Source of the DNA: Nageia nagi
Taxonomy: Eukaryota; Plantae; Pinophyta
NCBI GenBank assembly: GCA_050084985.1
Contig: JBITNC010000002.1
Span: forward strand, 6,324,001 to 6,388,000
Reading direction: 5' to 3'
DNA length: 64,000 nucleotides
Part shown: positions 23,440-37,445 of the stretch, piece by piece
Layout: every line of letters begins with the position of its first letter
Position numbering within the stretch: position 1 is the first letter of the stretch
Position numbers and translations under genes: made by a program
The notes under the pieces: model-generated
Databases searched by the model: none
What the model was told of the DNA's origin: nothing
The model's input: the letters and a program-made list of their open reading frames with translations, nothing else

Positions 23440-26370
23440 TCAGATTATTACCTTTCCTTGCAACTTTATAAGATTCAAATTTGCAAACAAGGAATCTATC
23501 CAAGCAGTGGTCCCTAGTTCTTCTAATATTGAGGAATTAATTTCCAACAATAAGTGTTAGATTCCTACAATTACACATATCTACACCATTCTATTTTGGA
23601 TCAACTTGCCAAAACTCCCCATGGATTTATGGCATCCAAAAATATTTGAGGGAGTAGTAGAAGCATATGGAAAACTTATTTCAATTAAACCTCTTACAAA
23701 AAACAAGAAGTGCTTAATGGAAGTAAGATATTTTACTCATGTGGAATTATATAAAGACCTTTCAAAATAAATCAAGCTTCTATATGATAATGGAACAAAG
23801 TATATATATAGATAATCAAATATCAAAATTAAAATAAATTATACACTAAATGTGAGAAGGTGGAGCATCAGGAAGATGTATGCCTAATCAAGAAAATATA
23901 TGCTAGGACAACTACTACAACAGCAATAGAAAAAACTTGGAGACCAAAGTAGGGTCAACCAAGTCTTACCCAAAATAGTGTTGTGAATCAAACCATCAAT
24001 AATGAGGACCCAAACATAGATCAAGAAGATCCTCAAAATATAAGGATGGGAAATTGTTCTCAATAAAGAATAGGAAGGTAGTTCAAGATGATCCAAACTT
24101 ATTAGTAAACTCAAAATAATTATTAAAAAAAAAATATGAGATCATTACAAAGTAAGCAATACATCCATAGAAATCCCTTATAATAATGAGCATCAATAAG
24201 ATGAGGAACTAAGGTTATATGAGATGCAAATAAATAAAAATATGGATTAACAAATGCATGCAAGAAACCAAGATGATAAAGAGAGAAATGATGAAGTCGA
24301 AGAATCAAAAGAAGGCAACCTAACCCCTTCCCTTGAGTAAAGAAGATTAAGTGAACTAAGAGTGATAGAAGAATGTAATATTATAGAAAGAGAATACCAA
24401 TGGTACTCTAGGGAAGGGCTACCAATGTAATACCTAGACTAAAATAATATAATAAGAATATTGAGGTTGGAACATAATCAACCTCAGAGTCCCACATGAG
24501 CAAAAGAGAGATTAGAGCATCCCCATAAGGAGATTGTAAATGAAGTTATTATCTTACAATATGAGGGGATTGAACACCCCATTTAAATAACATATTATAA
24601 AGGACATAAAGTGGGATAATAAATTAGACATAATCACCATCCAAGAAACCAAATTTTAAAGAAAAAATTTGGACAAATTCAAGAAAAATACATGGAAGGA
24701 AGCAAGTTTTGAAGTTGACCCAACAATTAGAAGATTGGGATATATAATATTATGGTAAGACCTACATAAATTAGATGGAAGATGACTATAAGGAACCAAC
24801 AATATTCTTTCAATCCTTTTGTTATATAAAGAGAAAAATATGTAATTTTTTAATTTATGCCCCAAACTCAATAGAGGATAAGAAACATCTATCGCTTGAA
24901 ATAGTAGCCCATAGATCCATGGCTCCTTAAATCTTATAGTGAATAGCTGAAGATTTCAACACTCCAGTATAGGAATCTAATAAATTAGGAAGAAAAGTGT
25001 ATACTAGAGAGTTAAATACATACTTACAAAACATGTTACCAATAATATGGCTTATAGATGTAGACATGTGGGGTTTCCAATTCACCTATACTAATAGAAG
25101 GATGGGTAAAGATTTGATAATGTATAAGCTAGATAGAGTATTGGTCTCCAATAAATGGGTGGAGGCTTTCCCTAATTACTAGTTTATCTCTCTTGAAAAA
25201 ATAGGTTCATACCATAGTCCTCTTCTTTATTCCTCTTTTGATCAAGCATCTCAAAACATCCCTTTCAAATTTGAGAATATGTAGTTGCTAGATGATGGTC
25301 TCAAAACTAATATAAGTAAATAGTGAACCATTCTAATTTATGGGAAAAATATATACATATTAGAAAGGAAACTTAAAATTATTAAAAGGGAATTAAAAAT
25401 GTGGAAGAAATATCCCTTTGGTTGGCTACAAAAGAAAAAAGGGGAACTAAAAAATGTAACAGGCCAAATCAAACAAGAGATTATAGTAAGTAGAAGGAAT
25501 CAAGAGAGGGATTCTAAAGAGGTAGAGAATTTGGCTTCTTATGACACTAATAGAAAAAGAAGAGGTTAATTGGTGTCAAAAATTAAGGTTACTATGGATT
25601 AAATGAGGATATAGAAACACCCACTTCTTTAAGATGACTATTGTTAATCATAGAGCAAGAAATAAAATATCTAAAATAAAAAAGAAAGATGGGACAATAA
25701 TTCAAGATGTCACAAAAATAAAATAGTTGGGAGTCTAATTCTTTCAAAATCTATTATTAGTGGAGGAAAATCCCAATAAAGAATAAATGAAATATATCAT
25801 TGATTACATTACATCCTTAATAATTAATGCTTAGAACCAAAAGTTATTAGCACCCTTCTCAAAAGTAAAAATTGAGGTAACAATCAAATACCTACTTCAT
25901 AACAAATCATCAAGCCTAGATGGATTTATAGGGGATATATTTCAAATATTTTTTGGGAATGAATGGATATCAAATCCTCAAATATATAACATAATTTTAG
26001 AAAGCAAGAACCATCCTCAAGTCATAGAATGCAACCTTCCTATCCTTGATCCCCAAGAAACACATAGCAAAAGAATTCAAGTTGTTCAGGCCTATAAGCA
26101 TCTATAACATATTATATAAAATCTTAACCAAAACATGGTAAAAAAACTAAGAATTTTTCTACCAATAATAATTTTGAAAGGATGGGGAGGTTTTGTAAAA
26201 GGAATGTAAATGAAGTATGGGATAATTGAACTTCATGAAGCACTTTATACAATTTAAATGTGGAAAAATTAATTCTTGCTTAAGATTGATATGCAAATAC
26301 CATATGATAAAGTAAATTGAACTTTCCTAGATAAATATTAGACTAAAAATGGGCTTTAGGGATGAGTAAT
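23440..26370 (+). mobile_element. L1-clade LINE, decayed and 3'-truncated (ORF1, APE endonuclease, RT N-terminal half)
   Basis: ORF1 FWINLPKLPMDLWHPKIFEGV and CEKVEHQEDVC knuckle; APE NMRGLN, IQETK, DFN, FTYTNRR...KLDRVLV, PFKFENM; RT LDGF, FRPIS...LYKIL, LKIDM..YDKV. Confidence 0.88.
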
Positions 26371-26820
26371 TTGAGGCATTTTATAAGGGGTTGTTTAAAT
26401 TGCCTCTCTTTTAGGTTTTGGCATTAACTTTTAGGGAGTAATTTGAAATTACCATTATAAATCATAAGGAGGTGAGTTAAAACCACCCATTAATATCAAC
26501 CACAAATATTTATAAAAAAAATATACAAGGAACTTATGTGGGCAACTTGTACAGTTCTCAAGAATTTGAATTTTTCAAGTTTATCAAGGTAAGGGGTAGA
26601 GGGGAGGAGAGATTGGAACAATCATTTCAATTTTTTTGTAAAGGCAAGAAGGTAGAGGAGAGGAGAGGAGAGATAAGGTAAGAAGATCCACTAGTAGGTA
26701 TTATTCCATATTATTCCATGCAATTTTATCAAACAATTATCATTCCTTGTTTTCTTTCACATTTTTCAAAATAGGGCTTAAACATGAAAATTGCATTTGG
26801 AATAAAAGTCCCTAAGGTAT

Positions 26821-27372
26821 TTTTTAGGAAACCCATTTTATATGTATCCTATAATTATTGTCTAGACCATAAAACTATATTTGCATCATGCATACTATCA
26901 AATGATTCCTAGGACTTATGTATTATTCCATATTTTGCATGCATGTCTTAGGAAATTTTTCAAAAAACCCATTTTATCCATATCCTACAATCATTGCATA
27001 CCATGAAATTGTATTTTCATCATGCATATTATCAAAAAATTTCTAGGCCTTATGTGTTTTTCCATATTTTGCATACATATCATAGAGTCATTTTTAGAAA
27101 ATTCATTTTATGTGTATCTTGAGTTCATTGCAAACTATAAAACTATGTTTAAATCATACACATTATCAAATAAATCTTGGGTATTATGTATTATTTTACA
27201 TTTTGCCTCCATATATGAAGGTAGTTTTTAGAAAAATCCATTTTATGTATATTCTCCAATCATTATAGACCATGATGCATCTTGTCAAACAATTCTCATG
27301 CCTTACGTATTGTTCCACATTTTGAATAAATGTCTTAGGAGATTTTTTAGAAAACCCATTTTATGCATATGT
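26821..27372 (-). repeat. ~135-bp tandem array (4+ copies) derived from PPR coding sequence
   Basis: Units at ~26821, 26956, 27091, 27226 and 27344; minus strand resembles DMYAKYGIIHKA.ELFDNMHDENTVSW.AMIIGY..NGF. Confidence 0.8.
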
Positions 27373-27373
27373 T

Positions 27374-27780
27374 ACAATTCATGTTTTATGGGTTTGTTGG
27401 CAATGAAGTTCAAATCTCCCTCAAGATAGCCTACATGAACCATAACATTCAATTTACAAGTACCAAGTAGACACATCCACACACCCAATTTAGATTTTAT
27501 GGGTATTTTGGCAATGACATTCAAAAGCTCCCATAAGATAGCCTGCACAAATAATAACATTCACTTTTCAAGCACCCAGTAGATACATCCAAATATTTGA
27601 TTCATGTTTTATGGGTATTTTAACAGTGAAGTTCAAAGCTTCCTCAAGATAGCCTTCACAAACTACTACATTCAATTTACAAGCACCAAGTAGACACATC
27701 CACACACTCACTTCAAGTTTTATGGGTATTTTGGTAGTGAATTTCAAAGCATTCTCAAGATAGCCTACACAACCAAGAAT
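27374..27780 (-). repeat. 111-bp (37-codon) tandem array, ~4 copies, derived from a PPR S2/E1 segment
   Basis: AGATAGCC at 27424, 27536, 27647, 27758; unit approximates GYLEEALNFxxKIPIKxExxVWMCLLGACKLNVMV. Confidence 0.88.
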
Positions 27781-28660
27781 GTCAATAATGCATGTATGAT
27801 TATTCATCGTAGCAATAATGTTAAAAGATTCACTCATGCTATTAAACTACTTACAAGCAAGAATGCATAGAAAGGTTATGTTGTAATGGTTTTTCCTTAA
27901 GTGCTTCATTATATAAAAGAGTTTAAGGGCATCTTTTTTATAGCTATAAATTGCATATCTTATAATCATTACATTCCATGAAACTATATCTAGGAACTTA
28001 TACAAGCACAAAAAGTGTTGTTACACACTTAGAGATAAACATGGTTACAATATGGTAGTCATTGCATACCCAAAGGTTCTTCATAACACCTTTTGAAAAA
28101 ATTAAATGGAGCATGGTTTCCTATACCAAAAAGCATGTACTATGTCATTATGTAAGATTATTTAGATCTTACATTACTTTGCATCACCAATAACCTTAAT
28201 AATAATATTCTCCATGATTGAAATGCAAGCCCACTTTAGCATAAATACCCCAAAGTAGAACATAAGTCGCAACATATTTGGGATTCAACAAAAAAAGGAT
28301 TATTTCATAAACACCCTTATTCCTACATTATTATGTGATTTACAAGCACCAAGAAGAAATATCCACACATCCAAATTAGGTTTTATTGATATTTTATCAA
28401 TGAAGTTAAAATATTCCTTAAGATAGCCTACATAGCCAAGGTGGTCTACAATGATAATGATTCATCTTAGGAAATAATGCACATGATGGAAGAATTATTT
28501 CAAAGATTATAGAGTCTATTTTTATAACTAACAATTGCATCTACTTTAAAGTGTTTATAACCTTTTTAGAAAATCTATTTTTTGCATATCTTATAATCAT
28601 TTTAGTCCATGAAACTGTATTGCATCTTGTTAGAATCTGTTCATAGAATCCATTTTGTTA
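27781..28660 (-). pseudogene. Mosaic of decayed PLS-E PPR fragments
   Basis: MSESFNIIATMNNHTCIIDILG, DIVSWNVMIIRYAIY, WIFLLGACKSHNNVG and ATYVLLWGIYAKVG pieces, out of normal order. Confidence 0.75.
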
Positions 28661-30199
28661 AAAAAGGATAGTATATATGTTGTTTAGTGGATCCTAACAA
28701 CTAACATTGTATATGTTGGATAAGACTAGCAAAAAAGATAGTGGATGCAAGTTACAAGGATACACAAATTTTAAGAAATTTTATCTATTGAAAAATACAT
28801 CTTTAATTAAATACTAGAAATCAATTATTGTTCCTTTATAAAAAAAAATAAAAGTAAACTATTTTGTTACGTATATCCAGCTACCATTAATTCTTAAACC
28901 ATGAACTAAATTCAAATATTGGAATCATTTAAGAGAAATCATCCTATGGAATGTGTTCAACGCTAATAATTTATGTATAATTGATTTATGCATAAAATGT
29001 TGACATCATACCCCTTACAACGAGCTTTCTCAATGATTTCAAAATCAGAACTCCTTTCAATTTTAATGGTATCAAAATGCATCAATGGGAAATAATTTAC
29101 TCTATGTGATGTGTATAATTTTTTATTACTATTATGTACATTCAAATGATGTGGGCCTCAATGAAGAATTTTTCATGAAAGTTTTGTATTGTTGAAACCA
29201 TCTCTACTTTCTTTTGAATCTAATTACTCTAATGTTGAGGCATAAATTTTTTATAAGAAACAAATTTAAAAGTCTATTTTTTATTAATTTCCTTACCCTT
29301 TAATCATTAAATAAACTACTTGTATCTCTTTATCACCTTCTTAGTTAGTTGTATTCATTCCTCTAAGATGAGCAAAGGCATTAATAGTTATTTATAAATG
29401 ATAAAATGTAACCCTAAATTAGAGGTATTACAAGCTATATAGTAATCTACTTAAATAAATAACAATACTATAGAGCCTATAGAATGTGATGCATAATAAA
29501 ATAAATACTTCGTATAGATCTAAACTAATAAATAAACCACTAATATATGAAAGCATATCTAAGGACTTATGAAACCCATGAGAAATAGATAAGAAAGATA
29601 AATACATGTTCACTTAACATTATAACTATGAAACTATACTTATACTGACGTTGATGTACAAATATGACTTAGAAAGAGAAAATAAGAATCATAAATATAT
29701 TATGACATGAAGTATTGGGAAGCAATGCAATCTTGATCCATGCATGTTAGATATAACAATTCTAAATCTAGTATTAGTATGAGCACAAGTAAGCCTAGTT
29801 TGACATATATTACGAAAGAATGATATATAGTTTTTAAGTGTAACATATCCCAATCTCGATAGATGATGTTGAAATACATAATGAGTATTTTTGAGAGTAT
29901 ATGTAAGATCTTATAGAGATGAGATCTGATATTCATCCCATGTGTATGTTTCTTTGATTTATATGTACAAGATATACCATGTAAGATCATTATTGAGTAG
30001 CATCGATGCTCATGGGCCCTTTCATAAACAAAAAGAAATAGGAATAACATATTACTTATGTCAACCTTTAATGATCATAATAAAAGATATGACAATTAAA
30101 TTTATCATAATATCTTAAGGATCATATGACTAGTTTGGTCCAAAAAGGGTTCTAAATTAGGTGTTAATAGTATTATTTTAAATTTTTACATATAATCTC

Positions 30200-30790
30200 A
30201 TCAAACAATTATCATTCCTTGTGTTCTTCTACATTTTGAAAAAAAGGGTTTATGTTGAATTTGTGGCAATAATACTTTTTTGTTAAAGCCTTAATATGTT
30301 GCATCTTATATTCTCCTTTCAAATATTTATGTTGAAGTGGGTAATTATATTTCAAATATGGAAATTGAAAATCGATGTGTCAACTTGGTACTTGTAAATT
30401 GAATATTATGGTAGCAGTATTGTAGAGAATATTTAAATCATTTAATAATAATTTAAGCTATGGAGCATATATGAATCATCTAATCATAATTAAAATTGTA
30501 GATCATATTTGAATCATTTCAGTATAAATGTGTAATTTTTTATCATACAAGTATTCTTGATCATTTTAGCATAATTTTGAAACATATTTGAATCTTGATG
30601 TGCTTATATTTATGTTCATATTGCATCTACATTGCATGATCCTCATATCCAATTTGTTATGAAATGATGCAATTGTACATAACATGGATTATATTCTAAT
30701 TTTATGGGCATTTTAGTAATGAAGTTCAAAGCTTACTCAAGATAGCTTTCATGGTCAAGAAGGTCGATAATACATGTATAATGATTCATT
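30200..30790. pseudogene. PPR fragment mosaic in mixed orientation
   Basis: Plus strand VASYILLSNIYVEVG (~30295-30342) and CQLGTCKLNIMV (~30375-30412); minus strand NHYTCIIDLLDHESYLE*ALNFITKMPIK (~30700-30787). Confidence 0.7.
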
Positions 30791-30869
30791 AGGAATTCAT
30801 AAGGTTATTAATTATTTTGAGTTTGTAGAGGGGAGGCTAGGGTGTATTAAGACCATTTCATATCAACTA

Positions 30870-32190
30870 GATATGACACTTTCATTGCAAAGACTTAAAA
30901 CCATTTCCCTTCCATTAAGATCTAATATAATGGACTCACTCTAAAGATAGTACATTTATTTTGGTTGATATTCCTTGATAGAATTCTCACAATGGATAAA
31001 TTGAGGAAATGTAGGATGATCCTCTCCAACTACTATCCTTTATGCTTAAAAATGGAGGAATCATATCCCTATTTGATTCTCAAATGTACTTACTCCATCT
31101 GTAGACACCTAAAAATGAATTATTATTTATTAAATAATTCATTTTATAGCATCAAGTATACTTATTGTAAATAGGGATTAAAATATACCCAATGCAATGT
31201 AATCGATGTAATGGACCATTATACAATGTAAAGGGTGTTAAATATCAAGAAAGATACCTCAAATAATGTAATGTGCAATGTTCCCAAGAATCAAAGAATA
31301 TCAAGACGTTGCTATAAAGAAACATCAAAGGCATGAGGAGGAATCATGAAAGGGACTCAAAAATACCAAGAGAGACATTGAAACATGCAAGATCACTCTA
31401 TCCTACTGATAATGGTGTTTTGTAACACCACTTTTGCATAGATCTATTAAACCCTTTATCTTGCTTTTGCATACTTTTTATTCTATCTGTAGATCTACTT
31501 ATCCCACATAGCTAATGACATGTCATTGTAGGCAATTGGAGACATACATTTATTATTATGCATTATGATGATTGATGGATGGTTGCTATTATTTCATGTT
31601 CATGCGATAGTGATGAAGGTACATTAATTATCATTGTTTGTTTGATGCCATATTTCTCATATACATTTCAATTATATATTGCAGAAAAATAGTGTGTCAA
31701 TCTTATTATTAATGTATTATTTGAGGTATACACCATCAAAGTTTGAAATATTATTATAAAAGGTAGGAACTAGTTAGTTTATGATTTGCTCCAACTAAAC
31801 TTGATAAAATGATCTTTTTCACCTTTCACTAAGGGACCCAAAAACATATGGTGGTAATTTATCCTCCCCCACATTTGTTGGGAATTATTAAAGGAATATA
31901 ATAGATAAATATTTAAAAATATGATCATCACAGAGAAATAACTAGCAAAAATGTTGGATGAAAATGTAAGGATATATCTAAAAGAGCAAGATGGAAGCAA
32001 AGAATGGAACCCTCAGGCAAAACCATAATGTCCTAATGAACCAAACAAATAACAAAAAGATGGTGAATGAATCAAATGCATATCAAATGAGGTTGTTGTT
32101 ATTGATGCAAGTGGCTCCAAACTTGTTTACAATATCAAACCACTACAAGCTATCTAACCATCAAAAGATAGCAAAGGTGACCATTAGGTC
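30870..32190 (+). mobile_element. LINE 3' (zf-RVT region) remnants, discontinuous
   Basis: WLIFLDRILTMDKLRKCRMILSNYYPLCLKMEESYPYLILKCTYS (30965-31100) and W*FILPHICWELLKEYNR*IFKN (~31850-31920). Confidence 0.65.
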
Positions 32191-32609
32191 ATAGGTCTGC
32201 AAATCATTTCATACATGTTTTTGGAAGGATTTTTGAATTTAATACTTTAAAAATTTGATCAAAATGTAAGGGATACTAATGATGTAATAACATAACTTTT
32301 TTGTCAAGTTTTTGGATCATTTAAAAAAAATTACCTTTACCAAAAAATTAAAATAATAAATGTTCTAATTTACATTTACTACATTTTGAATTTAAATAAA
32401 ATTAATTTCAATATTTAGAATTTATATTTATTTTGAATATTTAAAATTGTATATTTTAAATATTTAAAACTTATTGATACCTTTGGAGGTACTTTAGATA
32501 ATTTTTGGAGATTTGGTGATAACATTATTAAATATTTTTGTCACCTTTGAAGGTATTTTTTGACATTTTGAACATATTATATATGCACCTTTTTCAACTC
32601 TTTGGGATC

Positions 32610-32962
32610 ATGTTTTGAAAATATTTTAAAGATATTTAAGAAGCTACATTTTACTCCCTCCTCTTGGCATCATGCATTGACTAATGTCCATGATTGATGT
32701 TTTTCTTATTGGTAAGGAGAGTTTGCTAGAGTAATTAAGAAAAATCAAACAGACTCTTATTTTAAATGACTTATGGCAAGATATGTTTTGAAATTATTTT
32801 AAGGCTATTTAAGAAGATACATTTTACTCCCTCCTCTTGGAATCATGCATTCACTCATGTCCATATTTGGTGTTTTCCTTATCAGTAAGGAGAGTTGGTT
32901 GAATTGATAAGGAAAACTTAAATAGACTCTTATTTTCAATGACTTATGGCAAGATATGTTTG
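32610..32962. repeat. Two-copy tandem duplication (~173-bp unit)
   Basis: ATGTTTTGAAA..ATTTT...TTTTACTCCCTCCTCTTGG...TGACTTATGGCAAGAT repeated at ~32610 and ~32783. Confidence 0.85.
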
Positions 32963-33444
32963 ATGGTACAACCCAACCATAAAAATCAATATATCATAAG
33001 GACTTTTTTATTTGGTAACATAATAATAACAATGCCCTTGCATTAATAGGAACTTTCTTCATTGAAGAGGTTAATTATCACATAGCAATTTGGACACTAC
33101 CTAGGATACTAAAGAACTTATATGAATAACAATTTAAATTAAAGTTCATATAATTATAATTGAAGTTTTTAAACCTTGAGTTGAAGGAAAATGATCCTAT
33201 GATTTTAGAATTTGTGATCAAGGCCATCATATATGATATCAATATCATTGGTTGTAAAGTTGATACTACTTTCATGCCCAACGTTCAGGCCTTACTTCCC
33301 ATATATTTCAACTATCTAGAGTTGGTTCAAGCAAGTAGCAAATTGAAAATCTTAACTTTGTATGCTTTGTTAGAGAATATTAGCAAGCATAATAAGGATT
33401 TCATGAAGAAGATAATTAACTCTCCTAGAGAATCTTTTGAATAA
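32963..33444 (+). mobile_element. Copia gag (UBN2-like) remnant of a different family
   Basis: NNNALALIG...LKNLYE...LKFLNLELKENDPMILEFVIKAIIYDINIIGCKVD...YLELVQASSKLKILT resembles copia gag N-termini. Confidence 0.6.
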
Positions 33445-35160
33445 TTTGAAGGTTTGCCAAACCTCATGAATGGGGAAAACACATGCAACAACTATGATAC
33501 CAATTGAATAATTTTGAAGGTTTGCCAACCTCACTATGTTGATGAACTCAAGAAATAACTCTAATACTATATTAGGATTTTGATGTTTTCCAATCCTTAG
33601 GATTTATGAACACATAAATGAGTGTTATTACCAACTCACAATGTAGGTTCGCCAACCACTAGTTGATAAACTCCTTTGGATGTTGTCAAACTTTGATACC
33701 AAGCTTTAGTTCTATGATTGAAGGATTTAATTATCTACACTAAAGATATGTTGAATTTTGATAATGGTTTGATGTTGATTGAAGATTATGGTGGCTCAAG
33801 GAACTAGCAACTGCAGAGGTACTCCTTGTTAGAACTTATAATGCATTACTATGTAAATCACTTAGGTATATTGTTCTTGATTTATTAAAAAAAAAAGGAA
33901 CATATACAATACTTAAGTTAGAAGGAAAATATTTTGTAATATGGAATAATACATTTATTATGTGGATTATCCATGTATGCAAATATGGAGCCCCATCTAT
34001 TTCATATTAGAGGTATATCCACATATGCATGTAGTCCCATATGCTTAAAATAGAAATATGGGCATATTTAATAGGTATGGGTAAAAAACCTTCCACCTAC
34101 CATTCTCACCTAATGTGAGGATGTGGATATCCTATAGATGTTGGTATTCCCCTTGTGTAAAAGGGTGTACCAAAGTAGGATTTGACCTTATAAAAGGAAG
34201 GCTAGGCAAGTGATGTGAAATATACAGTTGTATAAATATTATCATGCTACTAGTTTAGAGATCTAGGTGATAGAAAGGTTGTAAGAGAGATTTTGTCTTA
34301 ATAAGTAATGTATTTATATTCATGTGAATGTACTCTCTTAGAGAGGAACCCCTATACTTATTATTTGTCACTTTGTGAGATTGCTTATTGTTTTTTCTTT
34401 TGAGAGATTGTTATTTTGACAGTAATTTAAATGTTAATTTGTTGGAAGAGCACAAGTGATCTTGGTTTATGGAATCATACAATTCCATCATGTAGTTTAC
34501 ATCCTCCTTGTGATGATCTCCTTCAAATTTCTACTTTGTGATCTTGAGGTAACTCTCATTCAAGGTATATATATATCCTTAGCCTTATTTCAATTTTTTA
34601 GAAATTAAAGGTTAAAGCTAACGTAGTTTTCTATGGTTAGATGTTAAAATCTTATAAAAATTAGTATGTCTAATATTTTTTTCATAGTTAAATCTAATTT
34701 TTTAAATAATTAGATTTTAAACTATGTTGAAGATATTTTTTTATATAATTGTAATTATTTTATAAAATTTGAATTTATTATATTGCAAAATTGAAATATA
34801 CATGTGTTTACAATGAATATTTCATTATTACAAACTTACAAAAATCTAATGTGATTTTTTGTAAATTTTTTATGCAAGAAAATTTACATATTTTTGCAAT
34901 AGTAAATCAGTTGTAAATATTCTCTATTTAAAGTAATATTCTTTGATTTTTTAACAAAAAAGGTGTTTAAAATTTTGTATTGTAACAAATATTAGATTAC
35001 AAAAGCTTGCAAATTTTTTTACAATATAAAAAATTTGGGATAAAAAATTTCTTTTTTATATACATAATTTAATATACATTTTTTTTATATATTTTGTATT
35101 AAAAAACTAGAATTTATATATATATATATAACAAAATTGAAATTATTTTTTATTTGTTTT

Positions 35161-35550
35161 GGGGGTTGTTGCCCCAAGGTGGGCATGCCACCCTAAGGTA
35201 GGCATGCCACCTTGAGAGGGGAGCCATCACCCTAGGCAGGAATGAACCTTGAGAGGGGACCACCACCCTAAGGGGTCATCACCTCAAAAATAGGTGATCT
35301 AACCTAAAGGGGATTGCCACCTCAAAGGTGGGAGAGCTACCCTAAAAGGGGCCACCACCTTGGAGGGGTGCAAACTCCTTATAGGAGAACACCCACTCCA
35401 CAAGGGCACATGTCATCCTATGGGGGGTGCATCACCCTCGAGGGGTGTGTGCTCCCCAAGGAGCCACATTTCCCTTGATGGGGCTTGCAAGCCTCCGTAA
35501 GGGGGTCACCACCCTACAAGGGGCATGTAGGCTCGCAAGCATTCCACTTG
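35161..35550. repeat. GC-rich degenerate ~20-bp quasi-palindromic repeat island inside the LARD
   Basis: Recurrent CCACCCT-nn-AGGGG / CACCT..AGG units in otherwise very AT-rich DNA. Confidence 0.7.
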
Positions 35551-36909
35551 GCCCATGTTGGATGACAAGCACCAAAGATAAATTTGTCCAACATCATTTG
35601 ATCATGTAGGAAAGTATGTATGATACCAAAGTATCTATTTACCATTGATAAGATTCTTGATGCTCGATCCCTTTCAACTATTCCATATTATGTTCTGTAA
35701 ACTAGATGGAAATTCAAGATGAATATGATTAACTGTGGATGTCAATCATGCTACTTTATGAAAATGCTTATACAATATAACATTACTAAGCTTAATGTAT
35801 GATCTATATACAACACAATGTTTATCTATATTTTACATAGTTAATTCTAAATCAACATAAATGCAAATTGTCACCTATATATAATAATATATCTCGAGTA
35901 TTGTTAAGTGTGTAGGGTGGTGGCATCAATGTGTTGTTGGGATAATCATTGGAGGTAGCCATCATTGAGAATGTTGTTAGTCAAAATTTTGAAGTAAGAA
36001 ATTGAATCAGCCATAGAACTTGAAAAAAACATCTTCCACTCTCCACTATAAAAGAAAAGTTGAGGTGGTTGTAGTGATGGGCTAGGAGTGGGTAGAGATA
36101 CTCAAAATTTGAATGAAGTAATGACTCAATGGATATCCATACTATTTTAATAATGGTAGGTGTCAAACTAATTAATTTTTTTTTTTTAATTTAAGAGCCT
36201 CTAAATCAAGTGGGTATCTTTTACTATCACTTCAATAATACTAAGTTAAATACAAATACAATAACTTTTTATAAGTATCAAATATTTATACTTTAAATTA
36301 AGTTGGCAAATATTTGATTATTGCCTTGGATAAATTATTTAACCCTTTGGGTAAATTATGATGGCAATTATAAATTTTGTATTCATTTGATATATTAATA
36401 GATTATATTAATAATCTTATGGTAATTTTTTTTGCATACTTTAATCATTGCAACAATTTTTTGGTAAACCTTTGGCAAGTATTGAAATTTTTTTAAGGTA
36501 AAATTATTATGAAATATTGAACATATTGAATCAATTTTTAGTAAATTGATAAGTTTTTAAGGTAAATTATGCAAAATATATTGCAACCATGTTTTCTACA
36601 AAAATTCAAAAGTTTAAGATTAACATTTTGCAAAAAAAGGTAAATATTTAATGCAACTTTTTATGATGCCATAAATAAATTTATATTTATCCACTTAATG
36701 ACAAATAAAAGAGGAGAGTTTCATTATGTTGTAATTGTGATCAAAAGAGTTATTATTTGAAATTTTTCTTCAAAATTTATGATTATGCATATTTTTAATC
36801 TCCTTGGTTGGATGAAAACTTTATTTTGCTTGGATGTGCATATTGTTTGAAATTAAAAGTTGTCAAAATTTCTTCAAACTTTATTATTATGTACATTATT
36901 CGTAGGATG

Positions 36910-37445
36910 AATATTGTATCCTCAAAACTTTTGGTTGTTTACATTCTTTTAGAATGGAAAGTTTGTAAGCTTTCTCCAAATTTGAATGCTTGTGTACATT
37001 TTTTAATTGGATAGAAGATTGATCCTCAAAATTTTTGGTTTATGCACATTGATTGATAACCTTAATGGAGTGGAAATTTTATGAACTTTCTCCAAAATTG
37101 AATGGTTGTGCACATTTTTTTATTGGATAGAAATTTGATCCTCAAAAATTTTATTTTATGCACATTGTTTGATATCCTTATTGGAGTGGAAAGTTTGTGA
37201 ACTTTCTCCAAATTTGAATGGCTATGCACATTTTTTGATTGGATAGAAAATTGATCCTCAAATTTTTGGTTTGTACACATTGGTTGATATCATTATTAAG
37301 TGGAAAGTTGGTAAACTTTCTCCAAATTTGAATGGTTGTGCACATTTTGATTGATTGGATAGAAAATTGATCCTCAAATTTTTGGTTTATGCATATTGGT
37401 TGATATCCTTTTTGGAATGGAAAGTGTGTGAACTTTCTCCACATT
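36910..37445. repeat. ~116-bp tandem array (~4.5 copies) inside the LARD
   Basis: GGAAAGTTTGTGAACTTTCTCCAAATTTGAATGG...GATCCTCAAA..TTTGGTTT units at ~36957, 37073, 37189, 37303 and 37420. Confidence 0.9.

Noticed and set aside
28963-30050. Hydrophobic minus-strand ORFs resembling membrane or organellar proteins
   Set aside because: Explained by AT-rich composition; no organellar gene motif recognised.
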